Source of the DNA: Candidatus Bathyarchaeota archaeon | GTDB taxonomy: Archaea; Thermoproteota; Bathyarchaeia; Bathyarchaeales; Bathycorpusculaceae | Assembly (NCBI GenBank): GCA_963768425.1 | Contig: CAVYHV010000010.1 | Location: 115,193 to 179,192 of the forward strand | Direction: 5' to 3' | DNA length: 64,000 nucleotides | In this document: one piece after another, positions 29,475 to 41,216 of the stretch | Layout of the letters: the number at the start of each line of letters is the position of its first letter | Numbering within the stretch: position 1 is the stretch's first letter | The notes under the pieces: model-generated | What the model was told of the DNA's origin: nothing | What the model saw: only the letters and a program-made list of their open reading frames with translations | Databases searched by the model: none | Position numbers and translations under genes: made by a program

Positions 29475-29813
29475 ATGAGAGATCAAAGCGACAAGATTTT
29501 TTGGGGAAAGATCGAAAAGATCGGCAAAGGCACCCGAGCAAGCTACGACCCTGCGAAGAAAACAATCACTTTCTGCTTCCAAAGAAGCCTAGAAACTTCA
29601 AGTGAACAGTTGAGGAAACTTCGGGAAGCCCTGATGCGTGAACTAAAAGATTTGGGTTACGCTAGCCGGATGAAGTATAACGGGGAAGTTGTTGTTGACA
29701 ATGTTGAACCGGAAAATGTAACTCTAGTCACAGAAAACCACAAACTCAAGATCCATTTGAACCCGAAGCAGTCACCGGAAAAACAAGGCGAAACCTCAGA
29801 AAAAACAACTTGA
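29475..29813 (+). CDS. Hypothetical protein
   Basis: ORF immediately after eif2a. Confidence 0.55.
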   Translation: MRDQSDKIFWGKIEKIGKGTRASYDPAKKTITFCFQRSLETSSEQLRKLREALMRELKDLGYASRMKYNGEVVVDNVEPENVTLVTENHKLKIHLNPKQSPEKQGETSEKTT

Positions 29814-30256
29814 GTTTTTATTTGACGAGGACGATCTTTTCCGGCCGTTTTACACGGATTTTTTAATTTAGGTTCCTTCCACTTCGCTCTTTTTACAATC
29901 AACCTTTTTGGCGTGTGGTCCTGTTGAAAAATCTTTTAAGCTAAGCCGCAGTATAACTTGTTGATATTATGCCATCTTTGAAAAAGAAGAATGCTACAAA
30001 AAAGGCAAAGCATGAAGCTAAAACGGGCAAATAAGCCAAAACCAAATTTGCTCTTTTCCGTGCGCATAGCAAAATGAAGCATCAACTTAGCTTTGCTCTT
30101 TCCAATTGTTAAACATCCGTTAACCCTTTTTTTTAATTCCTCACCGAGACCCGTGTTTGAAAATAAAAACCATAAGAGAATAAGCCCGAAATTACTTCCC
30201 GCATTATGTGGAGTTAAAATACCCGGCATTTTCAAACCGCAAATCCTTTCTTTAAC

Positions 30257-33200
30257 CTAAGTCATTGGAAATTCGATCTTGAATTGTGTGCCTTTTCCGA
30301 GTTCACTTTCAACAGTCACTTTGCCGTCCAATGCTTCAGTGAGCTTCTTCACTATGGCTAATCCGAGACCTTGACCTTTCGCTTTGGTGGTGAAGAGCGG
30401 CTTGAAAAGCTTGTCTTTCACATCGTCAGGTATACCTTGGCCTGTGTCGGCAACCGTTACCATTATCCTTTTGGCGTTGCAGGTTGCGGTTATGGTTATT
30501 TTTCCACCATTAGGCATGGCTTGCGCGGCGTTTGACGTCAAATTTGTAAGTATCCTTGTCAAAAATAATGGGTCGCTGTTGATTTTTGGGAAATCAGGTC
30601 TTATGTTGACTGAAACAGTTATGTTCTCTGGAATACTCATTGCTGACAAAACTTTTTGGACAGTTTTTTGAAGATCTACCTCTTGCAGTTGAGGTTTCGC
30701 TGCTTTAGCAAAGTCTTGCAGATCCAGCACAATCTTGTTAACGTAGAGCAACTGTTCCTCAATGTAGCCAATGCTTTCATTTATTTCCTTTTTCACAGAG
30801 GTGTCAGGCAGCGATTCAAGGCTCTTTTTGGCCAAATATAGTTCGCCTGTGATCGATTGGAGCGGATTACGAATGTCGTGTCCAACCATACCTGCTGTTT
30901 CGCCAATGGCTGCAAGACGTTCAGAATCCCGGAGTTTTTGAGTTCGTTCTTCAACTAACGCCTCTAAATGTTCAGAGTATGTCTTTAACTGTTTTCCATT
31001 TTCTTCTAGCATTTCAAGCATTTTGCTGTTGGCTAAGGCAACCGATGCAATTTCTCCGAAAGCCGTTGCCATTTCAGCGTCACGTTTCGTGAAGCCACGG
31101 GTTTGTTAGCCAATCCAATAACGCCGACTGTTCTCTTTTCGATCGTCAATGGTGCAAACATTACGTTCTGGAGTAGCACGTGACCATCAGGTGAGAATTT
31201 TTGCCATTTACTTTTTGGAAAATCATTTTCAATGGCTACTTTCCCAGAATTGTACACTTCGCCGCGGAGTCCTCGAATAGGCATAGGAAGCGATGGATCA
31301 ACCGTGCAGGGAAGCCCTCCTGAATCCAAGAATAGGACTTCGTTTTCTTTCCCGGTGTCACTTAAGAGGGCAACGTAGCCTGCGGTTGCTCCGATTAATT
31401 CTTTGCAAGCGTCAAATATCGCTCGCGCAGAATCGGGAAATTCTTGATGCTGCAAAACTGCTCTAGAACCCTTCAATAAAGCAGAAATCTCAGATTCGCG
31501 AAGTTGTGATTCTTCGAGCGAAATAGATAATTCTTGCTCAATTTTTTTGCGCTCCGTAATGTCACGGTTGCTGGCGCGGCGACCTATCCATTTGCCGTTA
31601 TCGTCGAAGACAGCTTTACATGTATGCGAAATCCAACGTGTCTCTCCATCGAAAGTTATGATTCGAAAATCAACGGCGTGCAATTCTTCTGAGCTTATCA
31701 AATCAAAATGTGGACCTACAATTGATTTATCTTCAGGGTAGATGATTTTGGTTAGAAGTTTGGGGTCTTTTAGAAACTCATCAACATCATAGCCTGTGAT
31801 CCTTTTACATGAAGGCGAAACGTAAATCAGGTTTCCGTCGGGTGCAATCCAGTACTCCCAATTATATGCGAAGTCAGCAACCGTTCGGAACTTGACTTCG
31901 TTTTCCCGAAGGGCTTCTTCAGCAATGTACCTTGACAAAGCCAATGCCAAACGGTCAGCCACTCTTTCCCACATCTGAATCGTTTCAAGAGTAAACATGT
32001 TTTTTCGTTTGTCATTTAGTTGAAGCAGCCCTAAACGAGTATCTCCAATGCGCCAATGGAATAAGAGCGAGTGACTCATATCCTTCACTGTTGCAACGGT
32101 TGCGCGTAGTTCCTTGACGGTCTGCAGTGGTTGTTGTTAGCAAGAAGTTGCGTAGTACTGTTAGTCCAGAAACTTCCGTTTTCCGTGAAGAATTCTTTGG
32201 ATGGATCAAATCGTCCCGCATACAACATTTCCACACATACATTCTAGAACTGGTCTGCCTTTTGAATCTCGAATTACATATCCAGATTCGTCGGATGTAC
32301 ACAATTTGTTTTCAAGTTTGACGTGTTCAGGCTGGGAACCCTTTTGTTTCATAATATGGATAATCATCCCCTTTTTTGAGCCTGATGCCTACAGCTTCAC
32401 AGCCACATTGTTTCTGGAAGAAATCCAAAGCCCCTTCAATTAGATCTTGAGAGCCAGTAGCTGCGTTAGCTATTCTTAGGAATTCACCCATGATTTCGCG
32501 TTCAGTTTCAGTTTTCTTGCGTTCAGTAACGTCTTCGAAGACTGCTGCAAAATAACCTTTTGCTGGGCAATAAACTGAAATACTTAGCCACAGCCTTAAA
32601 GGTTTAAAGAAATATTTCAAACTTCTCTTTTTGACCTGTAAGCGCTACTCTTCCGTAAATTTCAAAAATTTCAGGATTTTCTTCTTTTATTCCAGGTATC
32701 GCTTGTGTTACTTTCTTTCCGACCACGACTTCTCTTTTTAAACCGGTTATTCTTTGAAAAGCATCATTAACTTGAAGATAAACCCAGTCAACAGGCTTGC
32801 CTGCATCATCAAATACCATTTGGCAGTAAGCAAAGCCATCAATCATGTTTGCGAAAAGAGAACTGTATTCTGCCTCACTTTTCTTTAACGCTTCTTCATT
32901 TTTTTTGCGTTCAGTAATATCGCTAAACATTGATAAGTTAGCTACGTGTTTTCCATTCTCGTCAAATAATGGTGAAGCATTACAAGCTGCCCACAGAACA
33001 GAGCCATCTTTGCGGCGAAACTCAAATTCGCTATAAAGAACCTGTTCTTTTTCCAAGCTTTTTCTTACCTGCAAAGCTTGTCTTCTTTGTTCTTCTTTGG
33101 TCATGAGTTCAAAGCTGGATTTACTGAGAAGTTCTTCGGTTGAGTAGCCGAACATTTGAGCTAGCCTGTCGTTGACAAAAGTGTGGGTTCCATCGGGTTT

Positions 33201-36200
33201 AGCGATGACTATGCCTTCGGCTGCAGTCTCAACGATTGTTCGGTACTTTTGCTCGCTTGCAGCCAACGCTTCTTCAGTTTTCTTTCCTTCAGTGATATCT
33301 TTCAAGATGGCTAATAGAGTCTCAACATTGCCGTTAACGGCGAACTCGGGAACAATTGTGTATTGATAACATTTCGTTCCTTCTCGGCTTGGAAATTCAA
33401 ATTCGCCTTTTTGTTCCTTGCCAGCTTGAAAAACATTATGGAGAATCTGGGTCCATTGGTTAGCGAATTTTGGCGGCAGTTGTATTTCTTGATTTGTCCT
33501 GCCCATGAAATTCTTAATGGGACAACCCGGTTGCTTTTTCAAAAGCTGAATTGATGAACAAGTAACGCAGGTTTTTGTCTACCCTTGCTATGATATCTGG
33601 GGAGTTTTCTGTGAGCGTCCGGTACTTTTCTTTTTCGAGGCGCAATTCCTCTTCATGTTTTTTCAGTGCGTCGACATCTATGAAGGATAAAACGGCGCCA
33701 TCTATTCTGTTGTCTTCAGTTACGTACGGTCGAACCCGCATTTGATAAATGCGTCCATGCTCGTCAATGACTTCTCTATTTTCTGCGCCAAGGGTTAAGA
33801 TTACTTTTGAGGTGATTTTCGCTAAATCAGGAATTGGAATGGCAAGCTGCAAGTTAGAGATTGGTAGCCCGGTGTCTGAAGGATTGAGATTAAGAATTCT
33901 TTGAGCAGACGGTGTAAAAAGTCGGATCTTAAGGTTGTCGTCAACCATTACGACCGCCGGATCAATGTTTCTATTCTAAATTCGCTAGGTTGTCGTTTAG
34001 TCTGTTGAGAGCTTGATTTCGGTTCTTCATTTCATCATTCAAGGTCGTTAATTCTTCGTTGCTTGATTGAAGTTCTTCTTTGGCTGTTTCCAATTCCTCG
34101 TTTGTGCTTTGCAGTTCTTCGTTACTTGACTGTACTTCTTCCATGGCGGCTCTGAGCTCTTCGTTGGTTGCTTCCTGATTCTCAATAACAGTCTGTAGAT
34201 ACTGCTTAGAAGACTCCAATTCTTCTTCAAGATCACGAATCTGGCTGTTCTTAACGTTCTCGCGTCCAACAGGGGTAGCCGATAGCTCAATAGTCTGACG
34301 CAAATGTGCAGCTGCAGAACTGACATCTTCAAACAACACAAGGAAGAATGGCTCAACGTATTCAGCGGCGCGTAAGGGTATTACCTGAATATTAAGTGTC
34401 CTCGGTTGATCCCCATATTGAAAGCGTAGGGCTTCTACCTTGACAGGCTTGTTCTCTTTTTTTGCCCGATAAACCGCTGTTTGAACATCTGCTCGCAACT
34501 CTTTCCGAATCAGTTTTGCCAAATTCAAACTTGCCTGCCCTGATTCAGGAGAAAGGTAAGCTGTCACGTTTCCGCGAAAAACAAGAATGTCTAATTCATT
34601 GTTGACTAGCAAAGCTGCGGGAACATATTCCGTTATTAATAGTCGGTCAACTTCGTCCCGTAAAAGAGAGATGGAGTCGTTTTTTGCTGGTTGCTTTAGA
34701 GCTGGTTTTCTGGAAAAAGGAACCGTCGATGCAAAGCCGAAGTTGACACGGGGCTCGGCATTCTTTTTCACGTAAATATAACCTTTCTTGAATACTGGTT
34801 CGAAAAGTGCGGTGGATTTTCCGATGCTTTCAGATTCGCCTAGAACAAGAAAACCGTTTGGTCTTAGCGCGTAATGTAGGATGGATATTATTTTTTCTTG
34901 AAGTTGCGGATCGAAGTAGATGAGCATGTTTCTGCAGCTGATTAGGCTTAGGTTAGAGAAAGGAGGGTCTGCAGTCAAGTCTTGTTTCGCAAAAACGCAC
35001 TTGTCACGGATGAATTTCGCAATTTGATAGCTTCCGTTAAAGCTTGTAAAAAAGTGTTTCAGGCAGCTCTCGGAAACATCAGCGTCTATGCTTTTCGGGT
35101 ATATTCCTTGACGAGCCCTCTCAATGTTCTTTTCGTTCACATCAGTCCCGAAAATCTGAACCTGGGTTTCACCTTTGCCTGTTTCCTCGAGGAATTGTTG
35201 AAGCGCAATTGCAAATGAGTAGGCTTCTTCGCCTGTGGAACAGCCTGGAATCCAAATTCTGACGGGTTCTTTCAAAGCCAAGTTCTTTAGAAGCTGAGGA
35301 AAAAGTTTTTCCTTCAAAACCGAAAACGTGTCGGGTTCCCTGAAGAAGCTTGTAACGCCAATTAACATGTCGTTAAAAAGTGCTTGCAGTTCAGCGGGAT
35401 GTGTTCCTAAGTATTCAGCGTACTTGGCTATGTTATCGATATGGCTTATTACTATGCGGCGATTAATTCGCCTGTGGATGACCGTTCCTTTGTAGTGAGT
35501 GAAATCAACGTTGAATGCCAATTTCAGTAATGTGAAGATTCTCCGCAAACCCTTTTCTTTGCCAGGTTTGGGTTCCTGAGGCACGATTTCGGCTCGAACC
35601 AAATGGGGGTGTTTAGCAATTCTTGAAAGTTCTTTTGCAATCTTCTCAGGATACATGATAAAATCGACGGCTTCAGCTGAAATAGCGCTCTGCGGCATGT
35701 CAGCGTACTGGGCGGAGTCTGGGTCCTGCGCGAAAGTGATTCCCGCTTCAGCCCTCACAGCCTTGAGCCCCTCGGTTCCATCCGTCCCAGTTCCAGAAAG
35801 AACAATCCCAATAGCTTGAGTCTTTCGTTCTGTGGCAAGGGAACTTAAGAAAGCGTCAATGGGCCGGATAAATTTGCCTTTTGGGTTGAGCTTTAAGCAA
35901 CCGTCTACCAAAGTCATCGTAGATCCTGGCGGAATCACATAAACATGGTTGGGTTCAACACGCACACCATCCTTAACTTGGAGAACAGGCATTCTTGTGA
36001 ATCTCGACAAGATGTCGGTCAGCATGCTTTCCTGACCTGCGGCAAGATGCTGAATAATCACAAAAGCCAAACCTGTATCAACAGGCAAAAACTCAAGCAG
36101 CACCTTGAATGCGTCCAGACCGCCAGCAGAAGCGCCAACTCCAACAATCGGAAATTCAGCAACTTCGTTTTCGAAAGAGGTTTGCTTGCTCGAACTGCTT

Positions 36201-36207
36201 TTTGCAT
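30257..36207 (-). pseudogene. CheB-CheR-PAS(n)-GAF-PAS-GAF-histidine kinase fusion, broken by about six or more frameshifts
   Basis: CheB GASAGG/QHL/GTDG; CheR VTSFFRE, GCSTGEEAYS, CRNMLIYF; EELQSTNEEL coiled coil; multiple PAS (DITERK); HisKA HDIRNPL and HATPase N/G boxes; all fragments abut on the minus strand. Confidence 0.88.
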
Positions 36208-36626
36208 TAACGCCCGTAAGGCCACATCCAAGAAAACATGTTACTTATATAACATGATTTCCTGAAAATATGCTTTCTGCACAATTTATATTTTGTTGAA
36301 ATTAAGGTGAACAATCGTCAAGTTTGCCAATTGCAATCTAAGCTATTGTTGAGAAAATGTGGGTAAAACAGAAAGTATTATTTTAGCGAAGACTACACGG
36401 AAATCCCCAAAACCTCTTTTGCCTTTTCTTAGTCCAAAATTATATGTGAGTTTGGAGATAGAGCGAGATTTTAGTTTTCTGAATAATCAACCTATCTATC
36501 ATTTTCTTATGAGAAATAGCCCAAGCCTGATGCGAGTTGCATTTGGGGAGTTGGCGCAGAATGTTAGTTTATACCCGTGGTTGAATTCCATACGAAGATC
36601 TAAGGCAACTAGTTTTTACCAGCAAG

Positions 36627-36665
36627 TTTATATGAATAATACTTCATATGAAGTATATTTCATGT
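36627..36665 (+). promoter_or_regulatory. TATA box overlapped by two ArsR/SmtB-type operators
   Basis: TTTATATG at 36627; ATATGAA-N6-TTCATAT (36630-36649) and ATATGAA-N6-TTCATGT (36646-36665) directly before the ArsR start. Confidence 0.75.
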
Positions 36666-36667
36666 GA

Positions 36668-37012
36668 TTGAAAACGGAAGATAAAAAAGAAATGAAAAAA
36701 GGCATGACAAACATCTGCTATCGATTCTTCACCAACCTAGCAAACCCCACAAGACTCTCCGCCATCGAGCAGCTACTGCAGAAACCAATGAGTGTAAACG
36801 AACTTGCGACAACCCTCGGACAAGAACAAAGCATGATCTCACATAACCTCAAACCCCTACTCCAATGCAACCTCATCACCATTAAACAGGTGGGCAAGAA
36901 ACACATCTACACAGTCAACGAAGAAACAATGCTCCCCATCCTTGGAGCCATCGAAAACCACGCACAAAAATTCTGTCCAACAGGCGGAAAATGCCTAAAA
37001 GGAGAAAACTAA
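36668..37012 (+). CDS. ArsR/SmtB-family transcriptional regulator
   Basis: FFTNLANPTRL, MSVNELA, QSMISHNLK; C-terminal H...C.....C. Confidence 0.9.
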   Translation: MKTEDKKEMKKGMTNICYRFFTNLANPTRLSAIEQLLQKPMSVNELATTLGQEQSMISHNLKPLLQCNLITIKQVGKKHIYTVNEETMLPILGAIENHAQKFCPTGGKCLKGEN

Positions 37013-37013
37013 C

Positions 37014-37667
37014 GTGATAAAAAGAAAAATCGTAAACATAAATGAAACCCTCTGCAACGGATGCGGCAACTGCATCCCCAAATGCGCAGAAGGCGCCCTA
37101 CAAATAATAAACGGAAAAGCAAAAATAATCAAAGAAACCTACTGCGACGGCTTAGGCGCCTGTCTAGGCCAATGCCCCCAAGGAGCAATAAGCGTAACAG
37201 AACGCGAAGCAGAACCCTTCGACGAAAAAGAAACAAAAGAACATCTCAAAAATAAAACGACTCCCACTGCGCCCTCAAGCATTCCAGCCAACTCTGCACT
37301 GCAAAAGCCTCAGTGGCCCGTAAAGTTAAATCTTGTTCCAACGAAGGCTCCATTCTTCGAAAATGCAGACCTGTTACTTGCTGCTGACTGCGCGCCCATT
37401 GCACTAAAAAACTTCCACGAAACACTAATGCCTGGCAAACGAGTCATCATCGGCTGCCCAAAATTCGATGACGCCAGAGCATACGCACAAAAACTAGCCG
37501 AAATCCTAAAGCAAAACAACATCGCATCCATAACCGTTGCCCATATGGAAGTGCCCTGCTGCGTCGGCTTAAAGTGGGCAGTAAACAAGGCGCTTGAATC
37601 ATCAGGCAAACAAATCCCGGTAAAAGAGTATGAAATAAAAATTGGAGGCGAAATAGTTGAGCTCTAA
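37014..37667 (+). CDS. 4Fe-4S ferredoxin-domain iron-sulfur protein
   Basis: CNGCGNCIPKCAEGA, CDGLGACLGQCP, QWPVKL, GCPKFD, MEVPCC. Confidence 0.88.
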   Translation: MIKRKIVNINETLCNGCGNCIPKCAEGALQIINGKAKIIKETYCDGLGACLGQCPQGAISVTEREAEPFDEKETKEHLKNKTTPTAPSSIPANSALQKPQWPVKLNLVPTKAPFFENADLLLAADCAPIALKNFHETLMPGKRVIIGCPKFDDARAYAQKLAEILKQNNIASITVAHMEVPCCVGLKWAVNKALESSGKQIPVKEYEIKIGGEIVEL

Positions 37668-37677
37668 AGACAAACCC

Positions 37678-37911
37678 ATGGAAAAAAACCCTCAAACATG
37701 CCCCGGACTACGGGACCTGCTTCAGCCTAAACCAGCTTACATTAAATGCCATGTTTGCGGCGGCGACTTAGAAATTTGGAGTGATGAAGACAAAACTACC
37801 TGTCCGGCATGCGGAGCAGAATGGAAACGACCAGACAAAACAGCGGCATGCCTAGAATACTGCGAGTACGCTGACAAATGCCGAGGCATCATCGAATCCC
37901 GAAAAACCTAA
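37678..37911 (+). CDS. Small Cys-rich Zn-ribbon protein
   Basis: CPG, CHVCG..LEIWSDE...CPACG, CLEYCEYA.KC. Confidence 0.8.
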   Translation: MEKNPQTCPGLRDLLQPKPAYIKCHVCGGDLEIWSDEDKTTCPACGAEWKRPDKTAACLEYCEYADKCRGIIESRKT

Positions 37912-37929
37912 AATGAGGAGACTAGTTGC

Positions 37930-38403
37930 TTGCCGAAAGTTCTTGTGATTTATGATACGAAGCATGGCAACACAAAACTTGCTGCTGAGACCATTGTGGA
38001 GGGAATAAAAGAAGTTCAGGGCAATGAAGTTTCCATCGGCTACGTTAAAGGAATGGACATCGGAAAAGTAGCTGATTACGACGCAATAATAATAGGGGCA
38101 CCGAACCATATGGGCAGACCTTCTCAAACAATGAAGAAGTTCGTAAATAGGCTGGCTGAACTTGATTTAAAAGCAAGTGGCGTCGCTGTTTTCGGCACTT
38201 ACTCCGGAAAGATCAGATCTCCTGATAGAGCGGCGAAAAAACTGGAAAAAATGGCGGAAAAGAAGCTGCCTAAACTAACACTGATTGCACCAAGTCTATC
38301 AATAAGAGTTCATGGGATACCAGGTCCATTAGCGGAAGGAGAACTGCCGAAATGCAAAGCCTTTGGCCGAACAATCTCAAATCAGCTTATGCAGAAACAA
38401 TAA
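37930..38403 (+). CDS. Flavodoxin-family protein
   Basis: IYDTKHGNT, YDAIIIGAP, AVFGTY. Confidence 0.88.
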   Translation: MPKVLVIYDTKHGNTKLAAETIVEGIKEVQGNEVSIGYVKGMDIGKVADYDAIIIGAPNHMGRPSQTMKKFVNRLAELDLKASGVAVFGTYSGKIRSPDRAAKKLEKMAEKKLPKLTLIAPSLSIRVHGIPGPLAEGELPKCKAFGRTISNQLMQKQ

Positions 38404-38417
38404 TCCAGTTTTTTCTT

Positions 38418-38936
38418 CTAGCTCTTACCAAGTTTATTTGAGCTGCTTTCGGGGCAGTGAGGATTGAAGCAATTAAGACAACCGTTAGGGTGGGTTTGGC
38501 AAAGTTGTTTCTTCTTGAAACCCCATTTTTTTCTTAGCTCTTCAGCTTGTGCCTCTTGGTCTTCTGATCTGCTTCTTGCTTTGGTATAGCTGAGGTAGGC
38601 GTGGGCTATTTCGTGAGCTATTAGGGATTCTGAGTCTGTTCGTTTCAGAATTATCATATATGGTTTGTCCATTTCCTCTATCTGGACAGTTTGGCTTTGA
38701 CCCGCATGAAAAGAGGTTTTCTGTAATGTAAATTGGTAAACTTCTTCAGGTAATCTGGCGAGAGTGTTTAGTAGTCGTGCGTGAAGGTTACTCCATCTTT
38801 GAGCTAGACGGATAAATTCATCTATATCACTGTTGAAGTCTACTTCTGACTTGTTTCTTCTTTTCATATTTTTATTCTCTGAATTTCTTTTAGCAGAGTC
38901 TCGTCGTACTTTCCTGTTCCTTCTTTTGCTATTCAC
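38418..38936 (-). CDS. Hypothetical HExxH (zincin-like) protein with Cys-rich tail
   Basis: LIAHEIAHAYL...QEAQAEELRKKWGF; C..HP..C..C...HC. Confidence 0.6.
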   Translation of the reverse strand: MNSKRRNRKVRRDSAKRNSENKNMKRRNKSEVDFNSDIDEFIRLAQRWSNLHARLLNTLARLPEEVYQFTLQKTSFHAGQSQTVQIEEMDKPYMIILKRTDSESLIAHEIAHAYLSYTKARSRSEDQEAQAEELRKKWGFKKKQLCQTHPNGCLNCFNPHCPESSSNKLGKS

Positions 38937-39093
38937 TTAAAGATTACTTTCGAATATCCAACTTGGATTAATCTTGAACGAGATAAGACACTGATCAAAA
39001 TAATATCTGTGGCTAACAATCGATCCAAATTACTGAGTTTTCGAAAAAGGTTGGGTTAAGAAAAAGAAAGAGTTGTTTTGGTCCTTCAGCAAA

Positions 39094-39255
39094 TTAGATT
39101 TTCTGCTTGCTGATTGTCGTCCTGAAGGTTTTGCCGCAGCACTCGCAAAGACCAATTGTAAGTTCCGTCCTCTTTCCAGTTTTGTCAGGTCTGCCAGCCA
39201 TCTTCCAAGTCTTTTTTGGTGCGACTTCTTTTCCACATTTTGGACATTTTGCCAT
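39094..39255 (-). CDS. Cren7-like chromatin protein, Zn-ribbon form
   Basis: CPKCG.EV.PKKTWKMAG....G.....IGL.ECCGKTFR resembles Cren7 P.KVW.LAP.G..GVKIGLF....GKYFR. Confidence 0.75.
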   Translation of the reverse strand: MAKCPKCGKEVAPKKTWKMAGRPDKTGKRTELTIGLCECCGKTFRTTISKQKI

Positions 39256-39508
39256 AAGTTCGCCTCCGTAAATATTATTACACAAGTGATGATGGATTAA
39301 CAACGGATAAAACTTTTGCTTAACTACCGTTTGGACAGATCAAAAAACTGGAACCTGAAACATAAATCTGGAATTTAATCAGCTCTGAACCCTAAATGTG
39401 TTCTATCGTTTACCGAGCGTATTCTCGAATAGGGTTAGCCCCTAACCTAAACTCCTTATCTGTGTTATTTTCGCGATTATTTAATGTGACTCGAAGCTTT
39501 ACCATAGC

Positions 39509-40237
39509 TTATTTGGGGTGCCCAACAACGCTAAGACAGATTGAGCTTTCTTCAGTTCCATCAGTATCTACAATTGAGTTAATTTCGTCATCGAAGAAAG
39601 CTCCCACTTGACAGGATCCACAAGTTATACTTGCCGCCGCCAACGCCAAATTCTGTGCTATATGACCAGCATCTAAGTAGATATATCGGTAGGCCCTCTG
39701 AGAGTATTTCCACTTCGACCTCCTAAAAATAGCTGTCCAAATGAAGACAACAGCTGCATCTGCACACATCTCTTGGTCCAAGGCTGCATGAGCTAATTCT
39801 TCGCCGAAATTCCCAAGTTTTACTTCGTCCAACAAATGATTCTTAATGTTGTAGTGATAAATGCCTTCCATAAGGCCTTCCACTTTGTTTGCAGCAATGT
39901 ACGTCTCTATGGGATAGAGTGCTCCAGCTGACGGCGCATTGCGGAACTCGTAACCGTGTTCAGTTCTTTGGATACCCGTGGATGCCCAAAGGAGAAATGA
40001 CAAATCACTCAAACTCAAAGGTTGAGATGAGAAGGAACGGATGCTTTTGCGTCTTCGAAGAACTTCAGTAAAGTTCAAAGTTGCTTCTTGGAATTGGGTT
40101 GGGAGCTGAACGGTTTTACTGGCTGGATAGCTCTTGTAGGTTTCAGGCTTATTTGCCCAGTCCAAGTTGCCACCAAGGCTTTTGGTTCGGATATACCTTG
40201 TCTCTGTTTGGAAATCGTCTCCAACGGTTTTTGCCAT
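39509..40237 (-). CDS. SagB/ThcOx-family nitroreductase-like dehydrogenase
   Basis: RRKSIR, R.APSAGALYPIE.Y, KY..RAYRY..LDAGHIAQN. Confidence 0.92.
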   Translation of the reverse strand: MAKTVGDDFQTETRYIRTKSLGGNLDWANKPETYKSYPASKTVQLPTQFQEATLNFTEVLRRRKSIRSFSSQPLSLSDLSFLLWASTGIQRTEHGYEFRNAPSAGALYPIETYIAANKVEGLMEGIYHYNIKNHLLDEVKLGNFGEELAHAALDQEMCADAAVVFIWTAIFRRSKWKYSQRAYRYIYLDAGHIAQNLALAAASITCGSCQVGAFFDDEINSIVDTDGTEESSICLSVVGHPK

Positions 40238-40421
40238 TATCGCACCTTTTAAAAACAGCGTTCTAAATATTTAATCAAACAGGGAGAGTATTTATTATTT
40301 ATTGATAAAATACGATCCCACCATTCTTCTCGTTGAGAGCAATTAACGATTCTTGTCGACGGTTGTTTCTTGTTTTGCCGAAGCCCTTTTTCAGCGCGTT
40401 TCTAAAAGAAGCAAACTTTAG

Positions 40422-40817
40422 TTAGGAATGTGTGTGGCTCAATTGATGTGGGAGTTCTCGCTTAAGTTCAGTTACTCGTGTTTGCACTATTGAAAGCAAC
40501 TCTTTTCGCAGTTCCTTAGGTGGGAGCGTTGAACTTACAGAGTCTAATCGGTGGGCTAACTCCCCGTCGCATAGGGTTGTTTTTACCCATTTTTGAAAGT
40601 CGCCTCGTTGAAAATGAAAATTCAATGAGTCGGCTGGAACAATTTGAAGTTTCTTTTCGAATGACTCTAAGCTTGTTGCTGTTTCATTGGTGAATTTGCC
40701 AGGCGCAGTATAGAAATGGAATCCGTTTTCGTAAGGTACTGTTCTTAGGATTTCCGTTATTTTTGTGTTTAATTCAAGCCGATTGCGCTCATGGGTTCTA
40801 TGACTGTGATTTGACAT
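40422..40817 (-). CDS. DUF5752-like protein
   Basis: GFHFY, A.SL..F, S..FHFQRGDFQKW. Confidence 0.75.
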   Translation of the reverse strand: MSNHSHRTHERNRLELNTKITEILRTVPYENGFHFYTAPGKFTNETATSLESFEKKLQIVPADSLNFHFQRGDFQKWVKTTLCDGELAHRLDSVSSTLPPKELRKELLSIVQTRVTELKRELPHQLSHTHS

Positions 40818-41060
40818 AACAAAACTCCAAATCATTACTTTACATAGTCAGATATATCTGTAATGTTGATTGTTCAGGAGAGATGTTCTTTAACGGACTA
40901 TCTAACATCATTTTTGGTTTACCGTGTTTTCGGCTACTTGTTAATTCGCATGCTTCTGCAAGAGCTGATTTTTTCCGGCAACTTATTGGTATTTGTTGAA
41001 ACAGTTACCAGAACCAACGTATTTTAATACTTAAGATTTTGCTAATCGGGTGGGAAAAAT

Positions 41061-41216
41061 ATGCCAGTTGAGGTGCGCTGCCCTAAATGCGGCTCTAAGG
41101 AGATAGAGAAAAAAAACAACCAGGAACGTCGCTGCATCAAATGTGGAGAAATCTTTTATTTTGTAACTCCGCATTGCGGTTCACAAACCGATTTAGAAAG
41201 ATACGACCTACAATAA
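41061..41216 (+). CDS. Zn-ribbon micro-protein (51 aa)
   Basis: MPVEVRCPKCGSKEIEKKNNQERRCIKCGEIFYFVTPHCG...; TTTTAATA TATA-like element ~35 bp upstream. Confidence 0.7.
   Translation: MPVEVRCPKCGSKEIEKKNNQERRCIKCGEIFYFVTPHCGSQTDLERYDLQ

Noticed and set aside
29936-30235. 99-aa minus-strand ORF after the kinase
   Set aside because: No recognisable motif or clear start context; left uncalled.
39509-40237. RiPP (azole) biosynthetic cluster around the SagB-like gene
   Set aside because: No YcaO, precursor peptide or transporter nearby; stand-alone SagB/ThcOx genes are common in archaea.
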